Source: the human T2T-CHM13v2.0 reference genome, Homo sapiens. Taken from it: 64,000 bases of DNA. The notes under the pieces are model-generated. The model made no database searches. It was not told the origin of the DNA and saw only the letters and a list, made by a program, of their open reading frames with translations. Positions 39,385-53,090 of the stretch are shown one piece after another. The position numbers were made by a program, and so were the translations under genes. Position 1 is the stretch's first letter. Every line of letters starts with the position of its first letter. The DNA lies in the NCBI RefSeq assembly GCF_009914755.1, contig NC_060947.1. One strand, written 5' to 3'.

Positions 39385-41927
39385 TTTTTTTTTACATGTG
39401 CAGAATGTGCAGGTTTGTTACATGGGAGTATATATGGCATGGCAGTTTGCTGCACCTATTGACCTGTCCTCTAAGTTCCCTCCCCTTACCTGCTCCCAAC
39501 ATTCCCTGGTGTGTGTTGTTTTCCTCTCTGTGTCCATGTGTTCTCAATGTTCAACTCCCACTAATGAGTGAGAACATGCTGTGTTTGATATTGTGTTCCT
39601 GTGTTAGTTTGCCATGATGGCTTCCAGCTTCATCCCTGTCCCTGCAGAGGACATGATCTCATTCCTTTTTATGGCTGCATAGTATTCTATGGTGTATATG
39701 TAACACATTTTTCTTTATCCAATCTATCATTGATGGGCATTTAGGTTGATTCGATTCCATGTCTTTGCTATCATAAATAGTGCTGCAATAAACATACGTG
39801 TGCATGGGTAGAATAATTTATATTCCTTTTGGTGTATACCCAGTAATAGGATTTCTGGGTCAAATGATATTTCTGGTTCTAGATCCTTGAGGAATCACCA
39901 TACAGTATTTCACAATGTTTGAACTAATTTACACTCCCACCCATAGTGTAAAAGCATTCCTATCTCTCCACAGCCTTGCCAACATCTATTGTGTCCTGAC
40001 TTTTTAATAATCGCCATACTGACTGGCAGAAGATGGTATCTCATTGCGGTTTTGATTTGAGTTTCTCTGATGATTAATGACATTGAGTTTTTTTTTTTTC
40101 GTGTTTGCTGGCCTCATAAATGTCTTATTTGGAGAAGTGCCTGTTCATATACTTCACCCACTTTTTGATGGGGTTTTTTGTTTTTTTCTAGTAAATATGT
40201 TTAAGTTCCTTGTACATTCTGTCAGATGAGTAGCTTGCAAAAATATTCTCCCATCCTATAAGTTGCCTGTTCACTCTAATGATAGTTTCTTTTGCTGTGT
40301 AGAAGCTCTTTAATTTAATTAGATCCATTTTGTCAATTTTGGCTTTTGTTGCAATTGCTTTTGGCGTTTTTTTCATGAAGTCTTTGTCCATGCCTATGTC
40401 CTGAATGGTATTGTTTAGGCTTTCTTCTAAGATTTGTATGGATTTAGGTTTTACATTTAAGTCTTTAATCCATCTTGAGCTAATTTTTGTATAAGGTGTA
40501 ACGAAGGGGTCCAGTTTCAGTTTTCTGAATATGACTAGCCAGTTTTCCCAGCACCATTTACTGAATATGAAATCATGTCCCCATTGCTTGTTTTTATCAG
40601 GTTTGTCAAAGACCAGATGGTTGTAGATGTGTGGTGTTTGTTATTTCTTAGGTCTTTATTCTGCTCCATTGGTCTATATGTCTGTCTGTTTTGGTGTCAG
40701 TACCATGCTGTTTTGGTTACTGTAGCCTTGGTAGCATAGTTTGAAATCAGGTAGCATGATGCCTCCAGGTTTTTTCTTTTTGCTTAGGATTGTCTAGGCA
40801 ATACGAGGTCTTATTTACTTCCATATTAAATTTAAAGTAGCTTTTTCGAATTCTGTGAAGAATGTCAATGGTAGCTTGATGGGAATACCTATGAATATGT
40901 AAATTACTTTGGGCACTATGGCAATTTTCACTATATTGACTCTTCCTATTCATGAGGATGGAATGTTTTTCCGTTTGTTTATGTCCTTTCTTATTTCCTT
41001 CAGCAGTGTTTTGTAGTTCTTCTTAAAGAGGTCTTTCACATACCTTGTTAGCTGTATTCCCAGGTATTTTATTCTCTGTAGTGATTGTGAATGAGAGTTC
41101 ATTCATGATTTGGCTCTCTGCTTGCCTATTGTTTTGGTGTAAAAGAATGCTTGTGATCTTTGCATATTGATTTTATATCCTGAGACTTTACTGAAGTTGC
41201 TTATCAGCTCAAGAAGTTTTGGGGCTGAGATCATGGGTGGGGTTTACTAAATATAAAATCATGTCATCTGCAAACAGACACAACTTGGACTTTCTTTCTT
41301 CCTATTTGAGTACCATTTATTTCTTTTTCTTGCCTGATTGCCCTGACCAGAACTTCCCATACCATGTTGAATAGGAGTGGCGAGAGAGGGCATCCTTGTC
41401 TTGCACTGGTTTTCAAAGGGAATGCTTCCAGCTTTTGCCTGTTATAAATAGCTCTTATTAGTTTGAGATATATTCCATCAATACCTAGTTTATTGAGAGT
41501 TTTTAACATGAAGGGATGCTGAATTTTATCAAAGGCCTTCTGCCTCTGTTGAGATAATCATGTGGTTTTGTCATTGATTCTGTTTATGTGATGGATTATG
41601 TTTATTGATTTGTGTATGTTAAACCAGCCTTGTATCCCAGGGATGAAGCCGACTTGATTGTGGTGGATAAATTTTTTATATGCTGCTGGATTCATTTTGC
41701 CAGTGTTTTATTAAGGATTTTTGCATCAATGTTCATCAGGGATATTGGCCTGAATGTTTTTTTGTTTGTTCGTTTGTTTTGCTCTCTCTTTCCGGTTTTG
41801 GTATCAAGATGATGCCGGCTTTATAAAATGATTTAGGGAGGAGTCCCTCCTTTTCAATTGTTTGGAATAGTTTCAGAAGGAATGGTACCAGCTCCTCTTT
41901 GTATTTCTGGTAGAATTCAGCTGTGAA
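39385..41927 (-). mobile_element. L1PA8-like LINE-1, 5'-truncated
   Basis: ACATGTGCAGAATGTGCAGGTTTGTTACAT 3' end. Antisense ORF2 peptides [12 protein letters not shown] and [15 protein letters not shown]. Confidence 0.85.
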
Positions 41928-42378
41928 GAACTCATTCCTGGCAGTATTCATCACCTGCTAACTAAAGAGCCCTTGGGCCTTCAACAACTAGCAACAATAC
42001 CAAGGTTGTATGTCCTGGGCCTTGGGTTAGACTTGTTGGCTTCAGGTGAGGCTCAGTACATTCCCAGCTTTGGTGGCTAAGGTGAGAGATGCTTCCTGCT
42101 TGAGAAAAGTGAGAGAAAATTAAAGAGAACTTTGTCTTGCACAGTAGGTACCAGCTCTGCCAAGGGGGGGGGGGGGGTAGGGCATGAAGTGAGCTATGGG
42201 TGCCCTGATTCTAGGCCTTGGCTTTAGCATTTTTGGAGCTGCAATTGGCCAGAAAAACAAAAAACCCAATGACCAGAAGGGTGAGTACCAGGCCAGGCAG
42301 TATTCACTAAAAGCTGATCCAAGAACCCTTAGGACTTAAGCGTACATCTGCAACAGCCTGGAAGTACTCCCTGTGGAG
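41928..42378 (+). mobile_element. L1MA-type 5'UTR fragment
   Basis: CCTGGCAGTATTCATCACCTGCTAACTAAAGAGCCCTTGGGCC aligns with 8199-8240. Contains G14 at 42164-42177. Confidence 0.75.
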
Positions 42379-45300
42379 TACACACCATTTCGGTACATGA
42401 ATGCAGTGCATAATAATCACAACATAGAAAAAGGGGTATCAATATCCTCAAGCATTTAAATTTGTGTTACAACCAATCCAGTTCTTTCAGTTGTTTTTAA
42501 ATGTACAATTAAATAATTATTGACTATTATCCCTCTGTTGTGCTATCAATTACTAGGTCTTTCTATTTTGTTGTATCTATTAACCATCCCCATTTCCTCC
42601 CAAACCCCCACTAATCTTCTCAGCCTCTGAAAACAATCCTTCTGTTCTCTATATGCATGGGTTCATTTGTTTCCCTCTTTACATCACATAAATAAGTGAG
42701 AACATGTGATGTTTGTCTTTCTGTGCCTGGCTTATTTGATTTAAAATAATAATCACCAGTTCCACTCACATTGTTGCAAATGAAAAGATCTCATTTATCT
42801 TTATGGTTGAATAGTACTCCATTCTGTATATTTTCATTATCCATTCATCTATTGATGGACACTTAGGTTACTTCCAATTTGTGGCTATTTTCAACAGTGC
42901 TGCAACAAACACGGGGGAGCAGATATATTTTCAATACACTGATTTCCTTTCTTTTGGGTATATACCCAGCAGTGGGACTACTGGCTTGTATGGTAGCTTT
43001 ATTTTTAGTTTTTTTGAGAAAACTTCCAACTGTTCTCCATAGTGGTTGCTCTAATTTATATGGCCACCAATAGTATATGAGGGTTCTCTCCTCTCCACAC
43101 CCTCACCAGCATTTGTTATTGCCTGTCCTTTGAATATAAACCATTTTTAACTAGGGTGAGATGATATTTTATTGTAGTATTGATTTGCCTTTCTCTGACG
43201 ATCAATGATAATAAGCACCTTCATACCTGTTTGCCATTTGTGTGCTTTCTTGAAAAATGTTTATTCAAATCTTTTACCCATTTTTAATCAGATTATTAAT
43301 TTTTATAGAGTTGTTGAAACTCCTTATATAGTCTATTTATTACTCCTTTGTTAGATGGATAGTTCGCAAAAGTTTTGGCCCATTCTGTGGGTTTTCTCTT
43401 CACTTTATTAACTTTTTTTTCTGTGAAGAAGCTTTCTAACTTGATGTGGTTCCATTTGTCCATTTGTGCTTTGGTTGCCTGTGCTTGTAGGGTATTACTC
43501 AAGACATTTTTGCCGAGACTAATGTCCTGGAGAGTTTTCTCAATGTTTTATTTTAGTAGTTTCATACTTTGAGGTCTTAGATTTAAGTCTTGAATTAAGT
43601 TTGATTTGATTTTTGGTGAAAGAGAAGGGTCTAGTTTTATTCTTCTGCATTTGGATATCCAGTTTTCCCAGCATAATTTATTAAAGAGACTGTCTTGTCC
43701 CCAGTGTACATTCTTGGCATATTTATTGAAAATGAGTTCACTGTAGGTGTGTGGATTTGTTTCTGAGTTATCTATTCTGCTCCACTGGTGTGTGTGTCTA
43801 TTTTTATGTCAGTACCATGCCATTTTGGTTACTATAACTCTGTAGTATAAATTGAAGTCAGGTAATGTGATTTCTCCAGTTTTGTTCTTTTTGCTTATAA
43901 TAGATTTGGCTATTCTGGGTCTTCTGTAGTTCCACCTACATTTTAAAATTATGGGTTTTTTTTCTATTTGTGTGAAGAATGCATTGGAATTTTGACATGA
44001 ATTTCATTGAATTAGTGGATTTCTTTGGGTAGTACAAAAATTTTAATAACATTGATTCTTCCAATTCATAAATATGGAATACCTTTCTATTTTTTGTGTC
44101 ATCTTCAATGTTTTTTATCAGTGTTCTATAGTTTACACTGTAGAGATCTTTCACTTGTTTGGTTAAATTAATTGTTAAGTGTTTAATTTTATGTGTGGCT
44201 ATTGTTAATTTGATTACTTTGTTTTTCAAATTGTTCAACGTTGGGTTATAGAAATGCTATGAATTTTATGTTGATTTTTAAACCTGCAACTTCACTGAAT
44301 TTGTCAGTTATCATGGTTTTATTGGTGAAATCTTTAGGTTTTTCTAAATATAAGCTCATATAATTTGTAAACTAAGATAATTTGACCTCTTTCTTTCTAA
44401 TTTGGATGCCCTTTCTTTCTTTCATCAATTTGCTCTAGCTGATCTTCCAGTACTATGTTGAATAACAGTGGTGAATGTGGGCATCCTTTTCATGTTCCCA
44501 ATCTTAGGTGAAAGGCTTTAAGCTTTTTCTCACTCAGTATGATATTAGCTGTGAGTCTGTCTTATATGGCTTTTATTATGTTGAGGTATGATCCTTCTAT
44601 ACCCAGTTTTTTGAAGGTTTTTATTATGAAGGGATGTTGAATTTTATCAAATGCTCTTCAGTTACAATGGAAAAGGTCATATGGTTTTTGTCTTTTATTG
44701 TATTGATATAATATATTGCACTGATTGATGTGCATATGTTAAAGATTATTGCATCATAGGATAAATACCACATGGTCATAATGAATGATTTTTTAAGGTA
44801 TTGTTGAATTTGTCTTGCTAGATTTTGTTGATGATTTTTGCCTCTATATTCATCAGAGATATTCATCATCACTGGCCTGTAGTTGTTTGTTTTTTTATGT
44901 ATTTTTGTCTGGATTAATTACCAGGACAATAGTGACCCTGCAGAATAAGTATGGAAGTATTCCTTCTTCCTCTATTTTTTGGAACAGTTGGAATAGAATT
45001 GGTATTACTTCTTGTTTAAATGTTTGTTGGAATTAAGCAGTGAAGCCATTAGGTCCTGCACTTTCCTTTACTGGGAAATTTTTATTATGGCTTCAAACTT
45101 GTTACTCATTTGTCTATTCAGGTTTTAAATTTCTTCATGATCCATTCTTGGTATGTTGTATGTGTCTCAGAATTCATTTTTTTAAATTTTCAAATTTATT
45201 GTAACATAGTTCTTTATCATAGTCAGTAATAATCCTTTAAATTTACATGTTATCAGTTGTGATGTTTCCTTTTTCATCTCTGATTTTATTTGGGTATTCT

Positions 45301-48300
45301 CTCATTTCTCATTTAGTCTGGCTAATGATTTGTCAGTTTTTTTATCATTTCAAAAAGCCAACATTTTGCTTCATTCTTGTATTGTTTTCTTTATGTCAAA
45401 TTCATTTATTTCTGCTCTTATCCTTGTTATTTCTTTTAATCTACTAATTTGGGTTCACTTTTCTCTTGCTTTTCTAGTTCTTTAAGGTACATCATTAGGT
45501 TTTTGAAGTTTTTTTGATGCAGGCACTTATAGCTATAAATTTTCTTCTTGGTACTGCTTTCACTGTATCTCATAGGTGTTGGTATGTTGTGTTTTCATTG
45601 TCATTTGTTTCAAGAGTTTTCAATTTCCTAATTGACCGTTCATTCAGAAGAATGTTGTTTAACTTCTGTGTTTTTATATTTTCCAAAATTCCTCTTTTTA
45701 TTGATTTCTAGTTTTATTTCATTGTGGTCAGAAAAGATGCTTGATATTATTTTAATTTTTTTAAATGTTTTAAGACTTGTTTTGTGACCTAACATATGTC
45801 CTATCCTTGAGAATGACATATATGTTGAGGAGAAAAATGTGTATTTTTTACTCATTGGATGAAATATTCTGTAAATATCTATTAAGTATATTTTTTCTAT
45901 AGTTCAGATTAAGTCTGATGTTTACTTATTTAGTTTCTGTCCAGGAGATTGATCCAATGCTGAAAGTGGGATGTTGAAGTCTCCAGGTATTGTACTGGGG
46001 TCTCTCTCTCTCTCTTTTGCTCTAATAACATTCCCTTTATATATCTGGTTGCTTCAGTGTTTGGTGCATATATTTTTGTAATTTTTATATCCTCTTGCTG
46101 AATTGGCCTCTGTCATTATGTAATGACCATCTTTGTCTCTTCTTACAGTTTTTGTCTTGAAATCTATTTTGTCTAAGTATAGCTACTTATGTTTTTTATA
46201 ATATAAGTAGTTTTTTTTGCTCTCTTTGGTATGGAATATCATTTTTTATCTATTTTCAGTCTGCATGTATCTTTATAGGTAAAGTGTGTTTCCTGTAGGC
46301 AACAGATAATTGGGTCCTGTTTTGCCATCCATTCAGCCACTTAGTGTCTTTTTATTGGAGTCTTTAGTCCATTTACTTTCAATGTTGTTATTAAGAACTT
46401 ACTCTTTCCTTGTTATTATTCATTTTCTGAATGTTTTATGGTCTTCTCTTCCTTTTTTTCCTTCTTTCCTGTCTTGATTTTAGTGAATATAATTTTCTCT
46501 GGTGGTATACTTTAATTTTTAAAATTTATTTATTTCTAATTTTTTGTGTATCTCTTGTATCTTTTGATTTGAAGTAACCATGATTCTTGCACATACTATC
46601 TTATAATCCATTATTTTAAACTGATGACAACACTGATTGCCTAAACAAACAAAAGCATAAAATAAAAACTGATAAAACTCTACATTTTAACTTTGTATCC
46701 CCACTTTTTAGTATTTTGTTGTTTCTCTTTATGTCTTAATTTACTGCATATGTTTTGAAAAGGTGTTGTAGTTATTAATTTTGATTGGTTTATTGTAGTC
46801 ATTCTACTTAAGACAAGAGTAGTTTACACAGCACCATTACAGTGTTATACGATTCTGTTTTTCTGTGTGCTTACTATTACTTGAAAGTTTTGTATCTTCA
46901 GATGATTTTTTTCTAGCTCATTACCATCATTTTATTTCAAATTGAAGAACTCATTTTATTTCTTGTAGGACAGGTCTGCTGTTGATGAAATCCTTTAGCT
47001 TTTCTCTTCCTGGGAAGATCTTTATTTGTATTTAATGCTTGAAGGATATTTTTGCTGGCTACAGTAGTCTTGGGTAAAAGTCTTTTGTCTTTTTTTTCTT
47101 CAGCACTTTAAATATGTCATGCCTCTTTTACCTGACCTGTAAGGTCTCTACTGGAAAGACTTCTTCCAGACATATTGGGGCTGCATTGTAAGTTATTTGT
47201 TTCTTTTTACTTGCTGCTTCTAGGATCCTTTCTTTATCCTTGACTTTGGAAGTTTGGGTATTAAATGCCTTAAGATATACTTCTTTTAATTAAATATACT
47301 TGGTGTTCTATAACCTTGTTGTACTTTAATCTTGATATCATTCTGTAGATTTGAGGTTTTCTGTGTTTTTATCTTCCTGAATAAACTCTTTATCCCTATC
47401 TCTTTCTCCACCTCTTCTTTAAGGCCAATAACTCTTAGCTTTGCCCATTTGAGGCTATTTTCTATATCCTGTAGGCGTGTTTAATAATTTTTTTCTTTTC
47501 TCTCTTCTGACTATGTATTTTCAAATAGCCTGTCTTCAAGCTTACTCTTTTTTTTTGCTTCAAAAATTCTTCTGTTAAGATTCTGATGCATTCTTCCACA
47601 TGTCAATTGACTCTTTCATCTCCAAAATTTGTGCCTGATTCTTTTCAATAATTTCAATTCCTTTGTTAAATTTATCTGATAGAATTCTGAACTCCTTCTC
47701 TGTGTTATCATGAATTTCTTTGAGTTTCCTCAAAACAGCTATTTTGGGTTCTTTTTCTTCAAGGTCATATATCTTTCTCTTTAGGATTTTTTCTGGTGCC
47801 TTATTTAGTTCATTTGGTGAGGTCATGTTTTCCTGTATGGAGGTGATGCTTGTAGATGTTCATCAGTGTCTGGGCATTGAAGAGTTACACATTTATTATA
47901 ATATTCAATCTGGACTAATTTGTGCCCGTCCTTCTTGGGAAGGCTTTCCAAGTATTTAAAGGCACTTTGTCCCCAACCCAATAACACTGTGGTTTCTTTA
48001 GAATCACAGAGGTACCACTATGGTGGTCTTGGATAAGATTCAGAAGAATTATCTGGATTACCAGAAAAAAACTCTTTTTATTTTTTTAATATTCTTCCAA
48101 GCATATAAAATCTCATTTTTCTGTGCTGAGACACCTGGAAGTGGGGGTGTGGTGATGCCAACGCCTCTGGCCACCATTGCTAACCTATACTGAGCCAGAC
48201 CTGATGCCAGCAATGCACTGGTTTTTGCCCAAGGCCCTTCCTTTTAGGGCCACTAGTTCTCCCAGGAACCTGGCATGTCCAGTGATGCTGTCTGTGAGCC

Positions 48301-49732
48301 AAGGATTGGGTTCAAAATCCTTAACAGTTTTCCTGATGTTCTATTCTACTGTACCTAAGCTTGCTCTCAAACTACAATGCAAAGTTTTTCTTTCCTTTCC
48401 CTCCCCTTTCCACAGGGATAGAAACCCCTGTCTGCATCCACCATTACCACTGTTCCACTGGGGGTTCCACTAGGCACCTGCTGATATTCACTTAAAGCCC
48501 AAGGGCTCTTCTGTCTGGGACTCACCCTTCTGGGCAGTGGGCTCCCCTCTGGCCTAGAGCAGGTTTAGAAATGGTTTCCCAGAACCTAGGTCTGGGATTG
48601 GGGACCCCAAGAGCCTGCTTGTTGCTCTACCCCACTGTGGCTGAGCTACATGACAAAGTCCCCTTTACTTTTTCCTCTGCTTTTCTCTAACAGAAGGAGA
48701 CTTTCCTCACATTTCACCACATTTTCACCACAGCTGGGAATGTGCTGGGTCACAGCTAAAGCCAGTAAGTCTGAGTCTCACCTGAGGCCCACGATGTACT
48801 ACCTGGGTATCACTGCTGGTTATTCATTCACAGTTCTTTAATCAGGTGATAAATCCTGCCAGGGCTGAATCCTTTTCTCCAAGGTAGTGGGTTTCCTTTT
48901 GGACCAGGGTGTGTCTAGAAGTGTCATCTGTGAGCTAGGTCCTTAAATAGGGTCCTTGTGACTCTGGGCGGTACCCTATCCTGCTGTGGTTGAGCTGGTA
49001 TCTAAGATGCAAGACAAAGTCCCTTCTACTCTTTACTGTCTTCTCTTAAGCAGAAAAAAAGGAGCCACTTTCATTGCTGTGAGCTGCACTACCTGAGGTT
49101 GGGGGAGGGCGAGCACAAGCACTTCTTTGGTCTTGCTAGCTGGTGTCTCCCTAGGTCATATGCCACCCTAGTCCACTTACTCTCAGCCCAGCTTAGCACT
49201 AGAAGTTGCTAGGAATTTCCATCTTTGTGTCTCAGACTGCCTTTCAAGTTTACCTAGGACCCCAGAGCACTTCATCCCATGGTGTGAGGCTTGATGAGGA
49301 ACTCAGTACCAACTCCCTGGTATAGGCAATTCCCCTCTGGCTAGGGCTGATCCAAATGCTCCCTCCATACATGAGTGCTGGCATGACTTTCTTCACTGCT
49401 GTGACAGTGCAGCACTGAATTCCATGTAAAGTCCCCCAGTCACTGTGCTGTCTCTCCCTGATGCGCACAGATTTTCTCTTTGTGCCACTCAGCTGCTTCT
49501 GGACGGTGTGGGAGAGGGGTGACATACACAATTCAAGACTGTCTCCCCTGCCATCCTCATTGTCTCTTTTAGCAATACGAAGCTAAAACCAGATACTGTG
49601 TTTGCTGAACTGATTTATTGTTCTTATGACGGTACTTTTCTGTGTGCAGATACTTTTTAACATTTGGTGTTCCAGTGGGTGGAGGTGGGGATGAACAGTG
49701 TAGACTTCTGTTGCACCATCTTACTCCGCCCT
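42379..49732 (-). mobile_element. Near full-length L1MA2/3-like LINE-1 (inactive)
   Basis: 3'UTR ATAATAATCAC..GGGGTATC..CCTCAAGCATTTA. Antisense ORF2 and ORF1 (MTSPNELNKAP..LRKLKEIHDNTEKEFRILSDKFNK). 5' end CCATCTTACTCCGCCC. Confidence 0.85.
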
Positions 49733-49739
49733 CTTTCCA

Positions 49740-52200
49740 TGAACTTTTTGACCATTTATATTAGAATTGCAGCTTGATATATTTATAATGTTTTGGCAGT
49801 TTATCACTTAGTGTAGTTTTCTTACTGGTTTTGTGGTTATTAAAATACACATGTAACTTACAGTCTACTGGAATAAACAATTTTGCATTCAAGAGAAGTT
49901 TGGAAACCTTACTTTATTTTAGATTTCTTTATCTTCCCCATTTAAAACATGATTGTTACATATTTCACGTGATGTATTTTTTTCAATTATCCTATATGAT
50001 TAGAGAACTCACATGGAGAAGTCACTATGTTTACTCATATATTTGCTCTTTCTGTTCTTCTGTTATCTGAATATTCCAGTTTTCTTCCTTTATCATATTA
50101 GTCCTATTTAAAGATCCTTCTTTTGGTGTTCTCTAAAGGCAGGTCTGCTAGTGGCAAATTATTTTAGTTTTTCTTCGTCTGTCTGAGAATGCCTTTATTT
50201 CCCCCTCACTTGTGAATGATATTTTTGCCAGATACAGACTTTGACATTTCAGCTGATAGTCCTTTTCTTTTGGCACTTGAATAATTTTGTGCCACTTCCT
50301 TCTTTTTCTGTGGTTGCAGATGTGAAGTCTGTTGTCATTGTAATTGGTACTGTTCTACAAGTAATATATCACTTCTGCCTGCTTACAGGATTTTTCCTTT
50401 GTCCATTCTGAATTTTAATTATAATATGTCTTTGTGTGGATTTCTTTATGCTTATCTTTTTTGGAATTTACTCAGCTTCTATAATTTGTAGATTAATGGC
50501 TTTTGCCATATTTGGAAAGTTTTAAATTATTATTTCTTTAAATATATTCTTTCAATTTCACACTCATCTATTTCTCGGACACTAGTGATATAAATAATAG
50601 GTTTTTTGGTCATTGTCTCAAAGGTTATTAAGATACTTATTTCAGTCTACTTCTCTCTGTTTTTCAGATTAAGTGAATTTCATTGATTTGTGCTCTGGTA
50701 ACTGATTTAATCCTTTGTCACATCCACTGTAATACTGAGTTTATTCATAGAAATTGTTTTGTTATTGTGTTTTTCTGTTAAATAAGTTTCATCTTATTTT
50801 TTATAACACCCAGGACTTTGCTGAGATTTTCTTTTTCCTTTATTTTTTTCAAGAATGTTAATAATTTTTCATTGAAGCATTGTTATTATGGCTTCTTTAA
50901 ATTGTTTTCAGAAATTTATGACATTTAATTTATCTTGGTGCTGGTGTCTGTTAATTGTCTTTTCTCATTCATATTGTGATTTTACTAGCTCTTGGTATTA
51001 TATGTGATTGTGTCCTGGATATTTTACATATTATGAGATTCAGAATTTTAGTTTATCTTCTGTTATTGTAGGCAGTTACTTTGTTGAGGTATAGGAGAAG
51101 GACCAGGTTTGTTTGCATATTCAGCTTCCCACTTGGCTCTGCCAATACCACCCTGTCAAAAGTGGACTACTGACTTATGATTCCAGATTGAAAAGGAGTA
51201 AGGTGAAAGTTCAGCTACCTATTCAACCACATTTGACACTTCCCTAGCAAAGTGAAACATTAATTTGTGCAGTCTTACTGCCTTGGAATATGAGTGTAAG
51301 CTTAGCTCCCCACTGGGCTCTGCTGAAATCAGAGGTGGTATAGGGTGGAATTTCAACTGCCCTGCCTGACATCATTTCATTCTGCCTTGTTGATGCCTGG
51401 TACATATAGAGGTGCAGATTTCCATTGGGCCTAGCTGACATGGGAGAAAGTGTTAAGACAAATTGGAAACCGTTGTAGCCCCTGCTCAAACAGTTTTGTT
51501 CAGTCTTACTGATTCCATGTGAGGGTGGAGGCTCAGATTGCCTCTGAGCCCTGCTGATGTGAGGGAGGAGAAGAAGTGGAGCATAGTGGTAACTACCCCT
51601 ACTTCACCTCCCCTTAATGAGTCTCTTTGTTGCCCAGTGGGAGTAAAAGTTTTATTTGCTTCTGAATCCCATTTACACTACCCTGGTCTGGGAATTAGAG
51701 AACTGCTGTCTTCTACCAGGTGGTAGTTGTAAGTTTACCTCCCTAGTTGGTCCTGCAGACACCACTGGGTGGAAAGTGAAAGAGTTGCTATCTACTTATG
51801 TTGGAGTCAGGGATAGACTGGAAGATCAACTACTACCCATTCAGCACTACTGAGACCACAGGGAAGTAGCATGTGGTATTTTTGTTGGTGTTTGGCTGGA
51901 GTAGTGTGAGAATTCCCAGAAATTTTCTGTTATTTGGTCATGTTTTTTCCTGTTTCTTTTGTAGGAGAAACAGGTTTTTCTTGTAGCTTTTTTATTTTGT
52001 CTATGCCAAATAGTAATTCCAGATTGGAAGATTTCACAGAACCTTGTCCTTGATATTTGGGAGGCAATAAGGAAAGCCAAGGAACTGACAACCATATCAT
52101 TTCTCAAGCCCCATGTCTCCAGGCAGCACATCCTTTTCCCACATTTTAGAATCTTCCTAGACTTTACTATTGTAATTTGTCCAGGATTTTTTTTAGCAGT
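49740..52200 (-). mobile_element. Ancient L1M (L1MD/ME-like) ORF1 and 5'UTR
   Basis: GCAGGTCTGCTAGTGGCAAATT, TCTGAGAATGCCTTTATTTC, TGTGCCACTTCCTTCT. Degenerate repeated CAGCTNCCCACTGGNCTGC monomers at 51120-51850. Confidence 0.65.
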
Positions 52201-52855
52201 AAAAGAAAAGAAATGAGAATAATATAGGTAGCCTTTTTTTTTAGCATAAATAGAAACCATGCTATATATTATTTTAATTTAAAAATTATTTACATTTACT
52301 GAGTGACTGCTACTCCAATGCATCATGCTTGGCGATATGAAGAAATACAAGAATGCTATTCTGTCTAATATCTGCAAAAATTTTCAATATATTTAGCTAG
52401 ACAGAACATAGTGGCATAAAAAGGAATGCAAGATTTATACAATAAGTATAAATATATGGCATAAAGCATTAGTACTGTCAAAATAGAAAGAGTTCAATAT
52501 GAGCTGATGAAAACAGTAGAAAAACCGCAAGTTAAGCTGAGAATTACTATATCAAAAGTAATTCCATAACAAAATGTTACTGATTTTTTTAAATTGTTGT
52601 TCACCTTTATCCATTCATTGCATTATTTGATTACTTTTTTGCTTGTTTGTTGGGAGGCAAATAAGGTGGAAGTAGAAGACAAAAGAAGATTAGGAAAGAA
52701 AAAAGATGCATCTTCAATTGATTCTTTTATTTGGAGGACATTGATATAATGTTTATATTATCATCTCCACGTAGGTATAGCTGCCAATTCCTTTTATAAC
52801 CTCCCTATCTCCTTTGCTCCTTTCCTCTTTCCATCTCTTCTTCCATCTTTTCTTC

Positions 52856-53090
52856 CTTCATTTAACAGACATTTATGAAGCTTCTTTTATGTGTATGTGC
52901 CAGATAATATTGTAGGTAGAGTGTATAAAATTCTCCTTTTTATACATTTGTAGTTTTCAGTCTAGTAACAGAGCTTAGCCAAATATAGAATTAGCTACAA
53001 TACCAAACAATATATATTTTTAAATACCATATATAGTGGTACATTAAATGCATGCAGTAGGAATTCTTGAGACAAATGCTAATTTCTATT
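52856..53090 (-). mobile_element. L2 3'-end fragment
   Basis: TTCATTTAACAGACATTTATGAAGC..TATGTGCCAG..GTCTAGT. A similar shorter piece lies at about 52290-52410. Confidence 0.55.

Noticed and set aside
51100-51850. Degenerate repeated CAGCTNCCCACTGG monomers as a novel array
   Set aside because: Most simply the monomer structure of an ancient L1M 5'UTR contiguous with its ORF1.
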